A stretch of DNA of 64,000 bases from an uncultured Verrucomicrobiae bacterium (lineage in GTDB: Bacteria > Verrucomicrobiota > Verrucomicrobiia > Chthoniobacterales > Chthoniobacteraceae): positions 736,001 to 800,000 of the forward strand of contig CAWIKF010000002.1 in assembly GCA_963836755.1 (NCBI GenBank). Reading direction: 5' to 3'. The notes under the pieces are model-generated. The model worked only from the letters and a program-made list of their open reading frames with translations, was not told the origin of the DNA and did no database searches. Both the position numbers and the translations under genes were made by a program. How positions within the stretch are numbered: the first letter of the stretch is position 1; each line of letters starts with the position of its first letter. Shown piece by piece: positions 8,584 through 19,160 of this stretch.

Positions 8584-11500
8584 TCAAAGAGCATCGGCTT
8601 CGTGCAAGCCGGGTAGCCCTTTTTCGGCGCGCCAGCGGCGGGCGCGAAAGGCGAGGCGGTCGAGGTAAAGGTAGATGACGGGCGTGGTGTAGAGCGTGAG
8701 GAATTGCGAAAGCAAAAGGCCGCCGACGATGGCGATGCCCATCGGTTTGCGCAGTTCGGAGCCGGTGCCATTTTCGAGCGCGAGCGGGAGCGCGCCGAGC
8801 AACGCCGCGAAGGTGGTCATCATGATCGGCCGGAAACGGAGCAGGCACGCTTGGTAGATCGATTTCTCCGGCGGCAGGCCTTCGTTGCGCTCCGCATCGA
8901 GGGCGAAGTCGATCATCATGATCGCATTTTTTTTCACGATGCCGATGAGCAGGATGATGCCGATGAGCGCGATGAGGCTCAGGTCGTAGCCCGTCAAAAT
9001 CAGCGCGAGCAGCGCGCCGACGCCGGCGCTCGGGAGGCTCGACAGAATGGTGAGCGGGTGGATGTAACTTTCGTAAAGAACGCCGAGGACGATGTAGATG
9101 ACGACGACGGCGGCGAGGATGAGGAACGGCTCGCTTTGGAGCGAGGTGCGGAACTCGGCGGCGCTGCCGGAAAAAGTCGGGACGACGGTTTCGGGAAGCC
9201 CGATTTGCTGTCGCGCGTCCTGAATGGCGGTGACGGCTTTGCCGAGCGAGCTGCCGGGGCGAAGGTTAAAGGAAAGTGTGACCGCGGGGAATTGTCCTTC
9301 GTGGATGATGGAGAGGGGCGCGGTGACGGTGGATAATTTCGCAAAGGCGCTGAGCGGGACCATCTGGCCCGTGGAGTTTTTGACGTAAATCTTCGCGAGC
9401 GAGGCTGGCGTGAGCTGGAAGTGCGGCTCGACCTCGAGGATGACGCGGTATTGGTTGAGCTGCGTGAAGATGATGGAGACCTGCCGCTGGCCGAAGGCGT
9501 CGTAAAGTGTGTCGTCGATGGCCTGCGTGAGGATGTTGTAGCGCGCGGCCTGCTCGCGATCGATGTCGACGCTGAGCTGGAGGCCGCCGTTTTGCTGGTC
9601 GCTGGCGACGTCAGCGAGCTCGGGCAATGTGCGGAATTTTGCGAGGAGCTTCGGCGCCCATTCGGCGAGCTCGGCTTCGTCGGCATCCTGCAGCGTGTAT
9701 TGGTATTGCGTGCGGCTGACGCGGCTGTCGATTTGCACGTCCTGCACGGCCTGCATGTAAAGCGAGATCCCCTCGGCATTGCGCGTGGCGTCGCGAAGCC
9801 GGTCGATGATTTCGCTCGCGCTGGCGCTGCGCTGGTCGCGCGGCTTGAGGCCGATGTAAAGCCGGCCGGTGTTGACGGTGGCGTTGATCGTGCCCGCGCC
9901 GACCATCGACGTGACGCTGACGACGTCGGGATCGCGCCGGACGATCTCGGCGATTTTTCGCTGTCGCTCGACCATTGCTTTAAACGAAATCGACTGCGCC
10001 GAATCGGTGATGCCCAAAATCAGCCCCGTGTCCTGCTGCGGCAGCAAACCTTTCGGCACGATGAGGTAGAGCCAGATCGTGGCGACGAGCGTCGCTGCCG
10101 CGATCATCAGCGTGAAGAATTGATGCCGCAAAACCCATTGCAGGCCGCGCTCGTAACCGCCGAGCATTCTTTCCCAAATCCGTTCCGTCGTTTGAAAAAA
10201 GCGCCCGTGCTTTTCCCCGCTCTCCGGTTTTAACAACCGCGCGCACATCATCGGCGTTAACGTGAGTGAAACAAATGCGGATGCGGCCACAGCGACGCTC
10301 AGCGTGATCGCGAACTCGCGAAACAAGCGCCCGACGACGCCGGTCATGAACAGCAGCGGAATGAAAACCGCGATGAGCGACACGCTCAGCGAGATGATCG
10401 TGAAGCCGATTTGCCGCGCGCCTTTCAACGCCGCTTCCATCGGCGTCTCGCCCATCTCGATGTAGCGGACGATGTTTTCAATCATCACGATTGCATCGTC
10501 GACGACGAAGCCGGTGGAAATCGTCAGCGCCATCAGCGAAAGATTGTCGAGGCTGAACCCGACGAGTTTCATCACGCCGAAAGTGCCGATGATCGCGAGC
10601 GGCAGCGCGACACTCGGGATCACTGTCGCCCAAAATTTTCGCAGGAAAACAAAGATCACCATCACGACCAGCGCGATCGTGAGCAGCAGCGTAAACTGCA
10701 CGTCGCGCACCGACGCGCGGATGGTCGCAGTGCGGTCGGTGAGCAGCTCGACTTTGACCGACGGCGGCAATGACGCGCGCAATTTCGGCAACAGCGCTTT
10801 CACGCGGTCCGCCGTTTCGATGATGTTCGCGCCCGGCTGGCGCTGGATGTCGAGGATGATCGCGGGCTGATTGTTGACCCAGCTCGCGAGGCGGACGTTC
10901 TCGACGTTGTCGACGATTTCGCCGAGATCGCCGAGCCGCACGGGCGCACCGTTTTTGTAGGCGACAACCAGATCCGCATATTGCTGCGCGGAAAAAATCT
11001 GGTCGTTCGCGCCGATGGAATACGCCTGCCGCGCGCCGTCAAAACTTCCTTTCGGCGCGTTAACGTTGTTTTGCACAAGCGCGTTGCGAATGTCCTCGAG
11101 GCTTGTGCCGAGCGCGGCGATGGCGGCGGGATTGATGCGCACCCGCACCGCCGGTTTTTGATTGCCCTCGATCGTCACCAATCCGACGCCGGTGACCTCG
11201 CTCAACTTTTGCGCGAGCACGGTGTCGGCGAGGTCGTTCACTTTTTCCAGCGGCAGCGAATCGCTCGTGAGCGAGAACGTCAGGATCGGCGTGTCGGCCG
11301 GGTTCACCTTCGCGTAAACCGGCGGGTTCGGCATGGTTTTTGGCAGCACGCCGCCGGCCGCATTGATCGCGGCCTGCACATCCTGCGCCGCTGCGTCGAT
11401 GTCGCGGTCGAGCACGAATTGTAAAACAATCGACGTCGTTCCGAACGAGCTGATGGAATTCATGTTCGCCAGCCCGCTGATCTGGCCGAACTGCCGCTCG

Positions 11501-11700
11501 AGCGGCGTCGTGACTGATGACGCCATCACTTCCGGGCTCGCGCCGGGATATTGCGCGGTCACCTGGATCGTCGGGAAATCGACCGGCGGCAATGCGGAGA
11601 TCGGCAGCATCGAGTAGCCGAGAAGTCCCATGATGATCACGCCCGCCATGAGCAGCGAAGTCGCGATGGGTCGCCGGATGAAAATCTCGGAAATGTTCAT
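8584..11700 (-). CDS. RND efflux permease, MdtB/MdtC-like
   Basis: FIRRPIATSLL, LPISALPPVDFPTIQV, GFVVDDAIV, GIVKKNAIMMIDFA, RFRPIMMTT. Confidence 0.93.
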   Translation of the reverse strand: MNISEIFIRRPIATSLLMAGVIIMGLLGYSMLPISALPPVDFPTIQVTAQYPGASPEVMASSVTTPLERQFGQISGLANMNSISSFGTTSIVLQFVLDRDIDAAAQDVQAAINAAGGVLPKTMPNPPVYAKVNPADTPILTFSLTSDSLPLEKVNDLADTVLAQKLSEVTGVGLVTIEGNQKPAVRVRINPAAIAALGTSLEDIRNALVQNNVNAPKGSFDGARQAYSIGANDQIFSAQQYADLVVAYKNGAPVRLGDLGEIVDNVENVRLASWVNNQPAIILDIQRQPGANIIETADRVKALLPKLRASLPPSVKVELLTDRTATIRASVRDVQFTLLLTIALVVMVIFVFLRKFWATVIPSVALPLAIIGTFGVMKLVGFSLDNLSLMALTISTGFVVDDAIVMIENIVRYIEMGETPMEAALKGARQIGFTIISLSVSLIAVFIPLLFMTGVVGRLFREFAITLSVAVAASAFVSLTLTPMMCARLLKPESGEKHGRFFQTTERIWERMLGGYERGLQWVLRHQFFTLMIAAATLVATIWLYLIVPKGLLPQQDTGLILGITDSAQSISFKAMVERQRKIAEIVRRDPDVVSVTSMVGAGTINATVNTGRLYIGLKPRDQRSASASEIIDRLRDATRNAEGISLYMQAVQDVQIDSRVSRTQYQYTLQDADEAELAEWAPKLLAKFRTLPELADVASDQQNGGLQLSVDIDREQAARYNILTQAIDDTLYDAFGQRQVSIIFTQLNQYRVILEVEPHFQLTPASLAKIYVKNSTGQMVPLSAFAKLSTVTAPLSIIHEGQFPAVTLSFNLRPGSSLGKAVTAIQDARQQIGLPETVVPTFSGSAAEFRTSLQSEPFLILAAVVVIYIVLGVLYESYIHPLTILSSLPSAGVGALLALILTGYDLSLIALIGIILLIGIVKKNAIMMIDFALDAERNEGLPPEKSIYQACLLRFRPIMMTTFAALLGALPLALENGTGSELRKPMGIAIVGGLLLSQFLTLYTTPVIYLYLDRLAFRARRWRAEKGLPGLHEADAL

Positions 11701-11724
11701 GCGAAAAGGCGAACGCCGCCCGTG

Positions 11725-12999
11725 TTACTTCGGCCGGTGAGCGCCACCGGCCGGCGCGGCTCCCGCGGGCTCGGGCGGTTTTACGTGCGAGCCTTGCTGC
11801 AATTTATATTGCCCATCGACGACAACTTTTTCGCCAGCCTTCAAGCCGTCGTCGATCAACGCCTGGCCCTCGTCGATCTGCGCAACTTTGACAAGGCGGA
11901 TTTCCACGGTGTTGTCGGATTGGATGACAAACGCATACGCACCGTTTGGCCCGCGCTGAATGACGGACGCAGGGACGACGAGTCCGTTTTTGCGCGTGGT
12001 CAAATGCAGCCGCGCGTTCATGAACTGCCCCGGCCAAAGCTGGCGCTGCGGGTTTGGAAACACGGCCTTCAACCGGAACGTGCCGGTGGAAGTGTCGATC
12101 GCATTGTCGATGACGGTGAGCTCACCGGTATCGAGCACGGTCTTGTTGTCTGGGCCCATCGCGAGCACTTCCAACTTTTCGCCAGCGGCCGTGTGCTGAT
12201 GGATCTCGAGCAAATTCTGTTGCGGCAAAGTGAAGACCAGCGCGATCGGCTGGAGCTGGGCGATGGTGACCAACCCGTTCGTGTCGGTCGCGTGAACGAT
12301 GTTACCTTCATCGACATTGCGCAGGCCGGTGCGGCCATCGATCGGCGAAAGGATGCTCGTGTAATCGAGCTGCACTTGCGCGCTTTGCACAGCCGCGGCA
12401 TCGGTGCGAACGGCGGCGGCGAGCTGCGCGACGAGTGATTTCTGCGTGTCGTATTGCTGCGACGCGATCACTTTTTTCGCCACCAAATCGGTGTCGCGCG
12501 TGAGGTCGAGCTGCGCGTTTGAAAGCTGTGCCTGATCCTGATTTTGCTTCGCCTGCGCCTGCTCCAGCGAGGCGCGAAACGGCGCGGGATCGATCACGGC
12601 GAGCAATTGCCCCTTTTTCACATCCTGCCCTTCGTCGAACGCGATGCTCACCAGCTCGCCGTCGACACGCGGCCGCACGGTCACTGTGTTCAGCGCCTGA
12701 ATCGTGCCGATGCCGTCGAGATAAATCGGCACATCTTTTTGCGCGACGACGCCCATCACGACTGGCACCGGCGCGTTTTGCGGATGCGCCGCGGCCTGCG
12801 CGCGCGCTTGCGAATTTTCGCGGAGGCGATGAACCACGAGGAAAAGTCCGACGATGAGCAAAACGATGACGATCCAGAAAGTTTTGCCCTTGCGCTTTCG
12901 CGGCTGTTGCGTGCTCGCGCGGCCGAGCGGCGCGGTTGGGAGCAAAGTTGTTTGCAGCGGGTCGGCAGTTTTTGCCGCGATTGGTTTCAAATCGTCCAT
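11725..12999 (-). CDS. RND membrane fusion protein, MdtA-like
   Basis: Single TM, VRPRVDGEL, SPIDGRTGLR, LWPGQF. Confidence 0.92.
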   Translation of the reverse strand: MDDLKPIAAKTADPLQTTLLPTAPLGRASTQQPRKRKGKTFWIVIVLLIVGLFLVVHRLRENSQARAQAAAHPQNAPVPVVMGVVAQKDVPIYLDGIGTIQALNTVTVRPRVDGELVSIAFDEGQDVKKGQLLAVIDPAPFRASLEQAQAKQNQDQAQLSNAQLDLTRDTDLVAKKVIASQQYDTQKSLVAQLAAAVRTDAAAVQSAQVQLDYTSILSPIDGRTGLRNVDEGNIVHATDTNGLVTIAQLQPIALVFTLPQQNLLEIHQHTAAGEKLEVLAMGPDNKTVLDTGELTVIDNAIDTSTGTFRLKAVFPNPQRQLWPGQFMNARLHLTTRKNGLVVPASVIQRGPNGAYAFVIQSDNTVEIRLVKVAQIDEGQALIDDGLKAGEKVVVDGQYKLQQGSHVKPPEPAGAAPAGGAHRPK

Positions 13000-13015
13000 T
13001 GGTCTTACAGTTCGA

Positions 13016-13504
13016 TCACCGCGAAACTTTTGCGGCGGCGTTACGTTTTTTTAAAACCCCGCTCGTTGTGGAAACGCTGGAGATTTCTTTTAAAATTTGC
13101 GTCGCCCGGAAAATCTCGCGCCGCTTTTTCTCGTCGAGCTCCGCAAACTTTTCCGTGAAAAAATCGCGTGCCTCCGCGCGCGCGATGCCGTGCCGCTTCC
13201 TGCCCGCGCTCGTCAACGCGAGCACGACATATCGACGATCGCCCGCGTGAGTCTTGCGCGTCGCGAGTTTCGCCGCCACCAATCCCTCGACAAGTTTTGA
13301 CGCCGTTGGAAGCGTCAGGCCGAGATGCGTGGCGACATCGGAAAGCGAAACGCCGTCGCCGCGGCCGATGAACGCGAGCGTCCGAAACTGCGGGATCGAC
13401 AGGTCACTGCCGCGACTCGCCTGCACCTTTGCGCGAATAACGCGCATCAGCATCGGCACTGTGTCGAGCAGCTCCGTGGCGCATTGTTCCGGGGAGACAT
13501 TCAT
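13016..13504 (-). CDS. MarR-family transcriptional regulator
   Basis: LSIPQFRTL, winged HTH, DRR motif; lies upstream of the efflux genes. Confidence 0.88.
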   Translation of the reverse strand: MNVSPEQCATELLDTVPMLMRVIRAKVQASRGSDLSIPQFRTLAFIGRGDGVSLSDVATHLGLTLPTASKLVEGLVAAKLATRKTHAGDRRYVVLALTSAGRKRHGIARAEARDFFTEKFAELDEKKRREIFRATQILKEISSVSTTSGVLKKRNAAAKVSR

Positions 13505-13597
13505 TGGTTGAATGAAGAAACAGTGTCATAAGCTAACTAACTTACAACCGGTTCTTCTCCCGGCTGGAATCGCGGCGCCGAACTTTGACGCGCGTGG

Positions 13598-14458
13598 TTA
13601 CGCGGATTTCTCGATCGGCTTGCGCACGCTGTTGCCCCACTCGGTCCACGAACCGTCGTAGTTGCGCACGTTTTTGTAGCCGAGGAGATAGTTCAGCACG
13701 AACCAGGTGTGGCTCGATCGCTCGCCGATGCGGCAATAGGCGATGATGTCGTCCTCTTTTTTCAGGCCGCAATTATCGGTGTAAATTTTCCGCAGTTCTT
13801 CGGCCGACTTGAATGTCGAATCTTCGCGCACCGCTGTTTTCCACGGGACGCTTTTCGCGCCGGGAATGTGGCCGCCGCGAAGCACGCCCTCCTGCGGATA
13901 CTCGGGCATGTGCGTGATCGTCCCTTGATATTCGCCCGGCGAGCGGACGTCGATGAGCGGCCGGCCTGCCTGGCTTTGCGCGAGCGCATCGTCGGCGAAA
14001 GCGCGGATTTCCGCGTCGAGCCGTTTCGGCGGCACTGGATAATCGGCAGGTGCGAACTTTGGTTTTTCGCGCGTCATCTCCCGGCCTTCCGCCGTCCATT
14101 TGTCGCGGCCGCCGTCCATGATTTTCACTTTCGTGTGGCCGAACAAACGGAAAACCCAGAGCGCGTAGCAGGCCCACCAGTTGGCTTTGTCGCCGTAAAA
14201 AATGCAGGTCGTCGCGGGCGTGATGCCGTTGCGCGAGCAGAGCTCCGCGAACTTTTCGCACGAAACGTAATCGCGCACCACCGGGTCGTTCAGGTCGGCG
14301 TGCCAGTCGATGTGCACCGCGCCGGGGATGTGGCCGGTATCGTAAAGCAGCACGTCTTCATTGCTCTCGACGATGCGATAGCCCGGCTCGCCGCCGTGTT
14401 CAGCGACCCACTCGGTGCTGACGAGGACATCGGGGTTTGCGTAATTGGAATCGTTCAT
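13598..14458 (-). CDS. Two-domain rhodanese / thiosulfate sulfurtransferase
   Basis: LVSTEWV, GHIPGA twice, active site [18 protein letters not shown]. Confidence 0.92.
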   Translation of the reverse strand: MNDSNYANPDVLVSTEWVAEHGGEPGYRIVESNEDVLLYDTGHIPGAVHIDWHADLNDPVVRDYVSCEKFAELCSRNGITPATTCIFYGDKANWWACYALWVFRLFGHTKVKIMDGGRDKWTAEGREMTREKPKFAPADYPVPPKRLDAEIRAFADDALAQSQAGRPLIDVRSPGEYQGTITHMPEYPQEGVLRGGHIPGAKSVPWKTAVREDSTFKSAEELRKIYTDNCGLKKEDDIIAYCRIGERSSHTWFVLNYLLGYKNVRNYDGSWTEWGNSVRKPIEKSA

Positions 14459-14519
14459 GTCGGGCAAAAATATCGCGCGCCTCCGCGCGGCTCAATGTAA
14501 ATGCGCGCGCCGCTTTTCG

Positions 14520-15554
14520 CTACGCAGCCGCCGACTCGAGTTCCATCGTTCCCTTGAACTTCGACGGCTCCTCCTCCACGCCAAAATTCTCGGCATGGAG
14601 CTCCGCGATTCGTGCCATCTCTTCCGCGGTGAGCGGCGGGCAATCGGGCGCGGCGGCGAATTCCTCGATCTGCTTTTCCTCGTAAATATTCGGCAGCGTG
14701 GAGGCGACGCGCGGATCGGCCAGCAGCCATTGCAGCGCCGCCTGCCCGAGCGTCCGCTCCGAGTTTTCGAGAAAACGGAGCTGCGCGATTTTTTTCACGC
14801 CATTCAACAGCCACGAGCGCGGGCGATGCCGGCGGTGATCGTTTTCCGCGAAGACTGTGTCGGCGGTGTAATGCCCCTCGAGCATCCCGGAGCTGTGCGG
14901 CACGCGGATCAAAAACATCGTGTCGCGCCCCGCCTCCTCCGCCGCCGCGTGCATCGCCCGGCCGGGATGCTGCTCGAGCATATTATAAATGTGCTGCACG
15001 CTCGCGATCTCGCGTTCGCGGATCGCATTGACCCCTTCGTAAAGCCAGCCGATCGCCGGCCCGAGCGCGACGCCCGCGTGCCGGATTTTGCCGGCATCGC
15101 GCAGCTTTTCCAGCGTCGTCCAGATCGGATCGTCATAGACCTGCTCCATCCGGATGTTGTGGAGCTGCATCAAATCGATCCGGTCCGTCCTCAATCGCCG
15201 CAGCGCCGCATCCGTCGCACGCACGAGCGCCTCGGGCGAAAAATCATGCGGAATCTCCCGCTGCCCGCGCCCGCGCTCATTGCCGAAATTGACAAAATCG
15301 TAGCCGATCTTCGTCGCGATCACGATCTCATCGCGCCGGCCCGGGAACGCCTTCGCGATCAACTCCTCGCTCAAGCCGTTGCCGTAGGTATCCGCCGCGT
15401 CGAAAAGCGTCACGCCGCGGTCAAACGCCTTATGCATGAGCGCGATTGCTTCGCCCTCGGTGAAATTTCCCCACCAGCCGGTCGAAACCGTCCACATGCC
15501 GAAGCCGACTTCGCTCACAGTGAGATCGGTATTTTTGAAAGTGCGATACTTCAT
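14520..15554 (-). CDS. Aldo/keto reductase
   Basis: Start refined to MKYRTF; VSEVGFG, FDAADTYGNG, LRTDRIDLMQLH. Confidence 0.9.
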   Translation of the reverse strand: MKYRTFKNTDLTVSEVGFGMWTVSTGWWGNFTEGEAIALMHKAFDRGVTLFDAADTYGNGLSEELIAKAFPGRRDEIVIATKIGYDFVNFGNERGRGQREIPHDFSPEALVRATDAALRRLRTDRIDLMQLHNIRMEQVYDDPIWTTLEKLRDAGKIRHAGVALGPAIGWLYEGVNAIREREIASVQHIYNMLEQHPGRAMHAAAEEAGRDTMFLIRVPHSSGMLEGHYTADTVFAENDHRRHRPRSWLLNGVKKIAQLRFLENSERTLGQAALQWLLADPRVASTLPNIYEEKQIEEFAAAPDCPPLTAEEMARIAELHAENFGVEEEPSKFKGTMELESAAA

Positions 15555-15655
15555 AAAAGCGGCAGCAGCATCGCGGCTCCGCGGCGCGTTGTAAAGCCGA
15601 GCGCTCCAGTTGCGGTCGCACGAATGAACGCCGGCCGCTGACGATTCGCCGTCAG

Positions 15656-15956
15656 AATCCCAGCGCGGACACCAGGACGGAGGCGGAAAATCCCAGGACG
15701 GATGCGGAAAATCCCAGCGACGGAATGGGAAAATCCCAGGACGGACGCGGAAAATCCCAGGACGGATGCGGAAAATCTCAGGACGGATGCGGAAAATCCC
15801 AGGACGGAATAGGAAAATCCCAGGACGGAATGGGAAAATCCCAGGACGGAATGGGAAAATCCCAGCGCGGAATGGGAAAATCCCAGGACGGAATGGGAAA
15901 ATCCCAGGACGGAATTGGGAAAATCCCAGCGCGGACATCCAAAATCCTGGGATTTT
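15656..15956. repeat. 21-bp tandem array (~12-13 units) at island left edge
   Basis: aaaatcccaggacgga(at/tg)gg at 15687, 15708, 15730, 15751 ... 15898, 15920. It ends in an inverted half-unit ctgggatttt. Confidence 0.92.
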
Positions 15957-16223
15957 TGCCGTCAGTTCAGCCTTTTACTCTGTAGAGCATCCGCGAACTG
16001 CCCTTTTCACCCCCAACATCGCCACCGCTCCAGCCGCGGCTGACTCCATTCCATCGTCATGCCGCTTTCTCCCGGTAAAACTTTGACGCCAACCCAGCGT
16101 TGCGCTCCACCAGATATCGGCCCACGCCAAAGATCGCGAAAGAGCTGCTTCCGACGATGATCCAAAACTGAGCCATCGAATGAAGCCCGAAGTGCCGCAC
16201 CAGTGACGCTACGAATCATGGCG

Positions 16224-16682
16224 TCATTTGTTTCGCTGCCTCTTGGAGTATTCGATGACGCCTCGAATCGACTTATCAAGGGCGCGCATGACCTCTGGCG
16301 GAACGTCGCGGCCGGAATCGAGCTCGATCACGAGCGCCTGGTCGCCGCCTTCCGGTGGCGGAATCTCAACCATCCGATGCGTCACCGCACCGTGTCGCTC
16401 GGTGCGGTCCGAGAGTGCTTTGACTTCGCTGGCATCGCGCACGGCGACATTGAGGTAAATGCCGTGCTCCGACGGGTCCATTTCCGATTGTCGAAAGCCC
16501 GGAAACGAGTCAGCGCGCGCGATGAATCCCCGAAGGGTCGTCTCGATCCGAGCTTTCTCGAACTTGGTCAAAATGGGAACGAGTGCGCCAGAAAAGCCAG
16601 TGACTGGACTATAGAATGGGCCGCCGGGATTCGACCAGAATGCGGAGGTAGCAAGGATGAGAAGCAAAAACGCGATTTTCAT
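16224..16682 (-). CDS. Hypothetical exported protein
   Basis: 152-aa ORF with signal peptide MKIAFLLLILATSAFW. Confidence 0.5.
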   Translation of the reverse strand: MKIAFLLLILATSAFWSNPGGPFYSPVTGFSGALVPILTKFEKARIETTLRGFIARADSFPGFRQSEMDPSEHGIYLNVAVRDASEVKALSDRTERHGAVTHRMVEIPPPEGGDQALVIELDSGRDVPPEVMRALDKSIRGVIEYSKRQRNK

Positions 16683-16811
16683 AGGAGGGACACGCGCAGC
16701 ACGGAGCGGTAGTATCCTGGATCAACAGGATTTCCCATTATTTCTGATTGCATCGTCGCATCGGCGGTTTCGCCGCTATTGGGCTGCGCCAGATCTGCGC
16801 AGGCGACTTCG

Positions 16812-19091
16812 TCAATCCACCCGTTCCAGCCGGTAAGTCTGACCAGCCTGCGTGGCAAAAGATGAGATGCCATTGCTCGTCGTGACGGGAAGCGGAGATC
16901 CGCCACCTTGCGGCAAAACGCGGAAGGTGCCGCCCCAAGGGCTTACCATCTTCACCGGGCCGCCAACGGTGGATTTGATCCGCACGTTGCCGATGTGTCC
17001 GCCGGTTTGCTCGGCCGAGACTTCAAAGCCGCCGTAGGCAAGGAGATTGGTAAAGCGGGCGTCGGTCCCGCTTGGCCATGCGGGAAAGATGCGGATGATG
17101 TCACTAACGCTTTGCAGGAGCAGCTCATTCACCAGCCGAGCTACCGCCACTTGCTCCGAGATGTAGAAGCCGTGTCCCGCCCAGAAGAACAGGCCGTTAG
17201 GCTGCTCTCGCGAATATCCTTTGTCCGCCGAAAAGCACATCTTCGCATTCGCGATTGCTTCATCGGTAAGGCCAAGCCTCGCGCGGGCAACGTTGATGGT
17301 GACATTGGAATTGGCGTGCGTGGTGGATCGCTCCACGCGGTTGATGGTGCGGACGCCAAGCGCTTTCAGCTCGGGGCTGGAGAACCAGTTGATGACTCCC
17401 GCCGGGAAGATGCCCTGCACCGCCGTCGCGTGCCGGTCCGAGCCGGATTCGAATTTCGCGCCCAGCCACGGTTCGATCACCGTCTGCCCATTCTGCATCG
17501 GGTCAGGCTGCGTGCCGTATGTCGGAACTTGATCGATGACCGCGTCGATGCGCTTGATGAGCGCGGTGTCATTCTTTAACGTCGCGGCCTCCCGCGCGAT
17601 CCGCAGCCCGGCGGTCACGTAGCTGATATCATAGCAAACGTTGAACTCATCATACTTACCCAGCTCAGGAAAGTAGCTTGGGCCCATCTTGCGCTTGCCA
17701 TCGACGAGCGGACACTTTTCCAACAGCGAACAATAGAACGTCCCGAAATCGCGGATTAAAGGATACACGCGATCGAGGTGCGCCGGCGTCGGGGCGGACT
17801 TGTAATAATCCCAGAACACGACGGCCGTCTGTCCGGCCATGCCCCATGAGTAGCCATAAGGCATGTAGGCCTGTTGATGCTTTAAGGGCGTCTTGCACAG
17901 AGCTGGGTCAGGCTCGAAGGGCCACATATCGCTGTGAAAGAACGCGCCTTCGGCGCCGGTGAAACAGGTGCGCGCAAACCACTCCGCGCGCGACCGGTTG
18001 CGATTGAGCGCATCAATGAAGGGCTCCACCATTTCAGGATGATTTAGCGGCGCAGCGCCCAGATAGGTTTGCTGGATGTTATAGTTTAGCTTGAGCGAAT
18101 TGTGCCAGCCCGCCAGTCCCGGGAAACAGGCGGCGAGGCCTACAGTGTTGCCATTCCCGCGGGCGAAGGTGCGGTCGAAGTAGAGCATGCGATACCACCA
18201 GTTTTGCAATTGCTTGTCCCCAAGTTCGATGCCGCTCTTCGACCAGAAATCCTGCCACGCGGCTTCGTGCTTCGCGACGGCACTGGCGTCGTTCAGCGTG
18301 GAACTTACCAAGGCGACCGCATCGGGAAGCGGATGCGCCGAGTCGCGAGAGGTCGTCACGGCGATTGCCTGCAGATCGCCTTTGCGCCCCGCAACCACGT
18401 AGAGGTCCATGCCGCTAACGTCTTCGTCGCCCGGGATGTTCTGGTGCAGATAACGGTAACCGCTTTGCTCGCCCTCGTCCGCTTGGCTCACCCAAGTCTC
18501 GATCGGAACGCTCTTCGGCCGCGGCTTCTTGTCCTTTAGGAGATCCTGATCGCCTATGAACGAGACGGGTCGTTTGGAATGGATCAAGATGACGTTGCTC
18601 TGCGCCAGCACGCGCACATCCGCGGTCTCCTCCGCGGTTTTGATCGTGGCGACTGCGCGCCCGAGATCCAGCGTCGCGCCGGTCACGGCTGTTTGGCCAT
18701 CCGCGCCCAGCACCACCTCGCCGACTGGCAGCGCCGTCGGGTAGGGATGAGTCCAGCTGCCGGCGTTCCCGTGAGCACCTATTGCTTTGCCAGCGGCAAT
18801 ATCAACCACCGGGAGCGGCGGATCGTTCTTCGTGTCTATCCGCATGTCCCAGCAGTCATTCTTGCTGATCCGGAGGTGCAGATCGTTGTCGGGGGAGGAA
18901 TAGATGATGGCGTTCATCTCACCATTGCCGACGACTAATCCAAACTTACGAATGTCTGAGATATCACTCTCCGAAACCGCAGCCGCCGCTAACGCACCCG
19001 GGTATGGAATCGTCTGCGCAGCGCAGGCGCTGGAATCGAACACAGCGGCGGCGGCGATCAGCGTGACGATGGAATGAGGGAAGTAGGGCAT
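16812..19091 (-). CDS. GH95-like (alpha/alpha)6 glycoside hydrolase
   Basis: Signal peptide; VGNGEM, HEAAWQDFWSKS, LNYNIQQTY, ELLLQS..IRIFPAWP, FTNLLAYGGFEVSA. Confidence 0.75.
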   Translation of the reverse strand: MPYFPHSIVTLIAAAAVFDSSACAAQTIPYPGALAAAAVSESDISDIRKFGLVVGNGEMNAIIYSSPDNDLHLRISKNDCWDMRIDTKNDPPLPVVDIAAGKAIGAHGNAGSWTHPYPTALPVGEVVLGADGQTAVTGATLDLGRAVATIKTAEETADVRVLAQSNVILIHSKRPVSFIGDQDLLKDKKPRPKSVPIETWVSQADEGEQSGYRYLHQNIPGDEDVSGMDLYVVAGRKGDLQAIAVTTSRDSAHPLPDAVALVSSTLNDASAVAKHEAAWQDFWSKSGIELGDKQLQNWWYRMLYFDRTFARGNGNTVGLAACFPGLAGWHNSLKLNYNIQQTYLGAAPLNHPEMVEPFIDALNRNRSRAEWFARTCFTGAEGAFFHSDMWPFEPDPALCKTPLKHQQAYMPYGYSWGMAGQTAVVFWDYYKSAPTPAHLDRVYPLIRDFGTFYCSLLEKCPLVDGKRKMGPSYFPELGKYDEFNVCYDISYVTAGLRIAREAATLKNDTALIKRIDAVIDQVPTYGTQPDPMQNGQTVIEPWLGAKFESGSDRHATAVQGIFPAGVINWFSSPELKALGVRTINRVERSTTHANSNVTINVARARLGLTDEAIANAKMCFSADKGYSREQPNGLFFWAGHGFYISEQVAVARLVNELLLQSVSDIIRIFPAWPSGTDARFTNLLAYGGFEVSAEQTGGHIGNVRIKSTVGGPVKMVSPWGGTFRVLPQGGGSPLPVTTSNGISSFATQAGQTYRLERVD

Positions 19092-19160
19092 GATGGGTTT
19101 ACTTGGATCGAATCCGATCGGATAACGTCAGCTTCTGCTAAGCCCGCCGCAGACGCAGGC

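Noticed and set aside
8303..8848. ORF-track calls 8260-8559, 8303-8848 and 8331-8678, and the many antisense ORFs elsewhere
   Set aside because: Arg/Pro-rich shadow frames of high-GC DNA that conflict with better supported genes.
15656..15956. CRISPR array, or real ORFs over the repeat (15725-15985, 15766-16086, N-terminal extension of the AKR to 15938)
   Set aside because: No spacers. The open frames result from a stop-free 21-bp repeat, and the AKR fold starts at 15554.
16027..16034. gctccagc as the att direct repeat of the tRNA-Asn 3' end
   Set aside because: Only 8 bp, expected by chance in GC-rich DNA.
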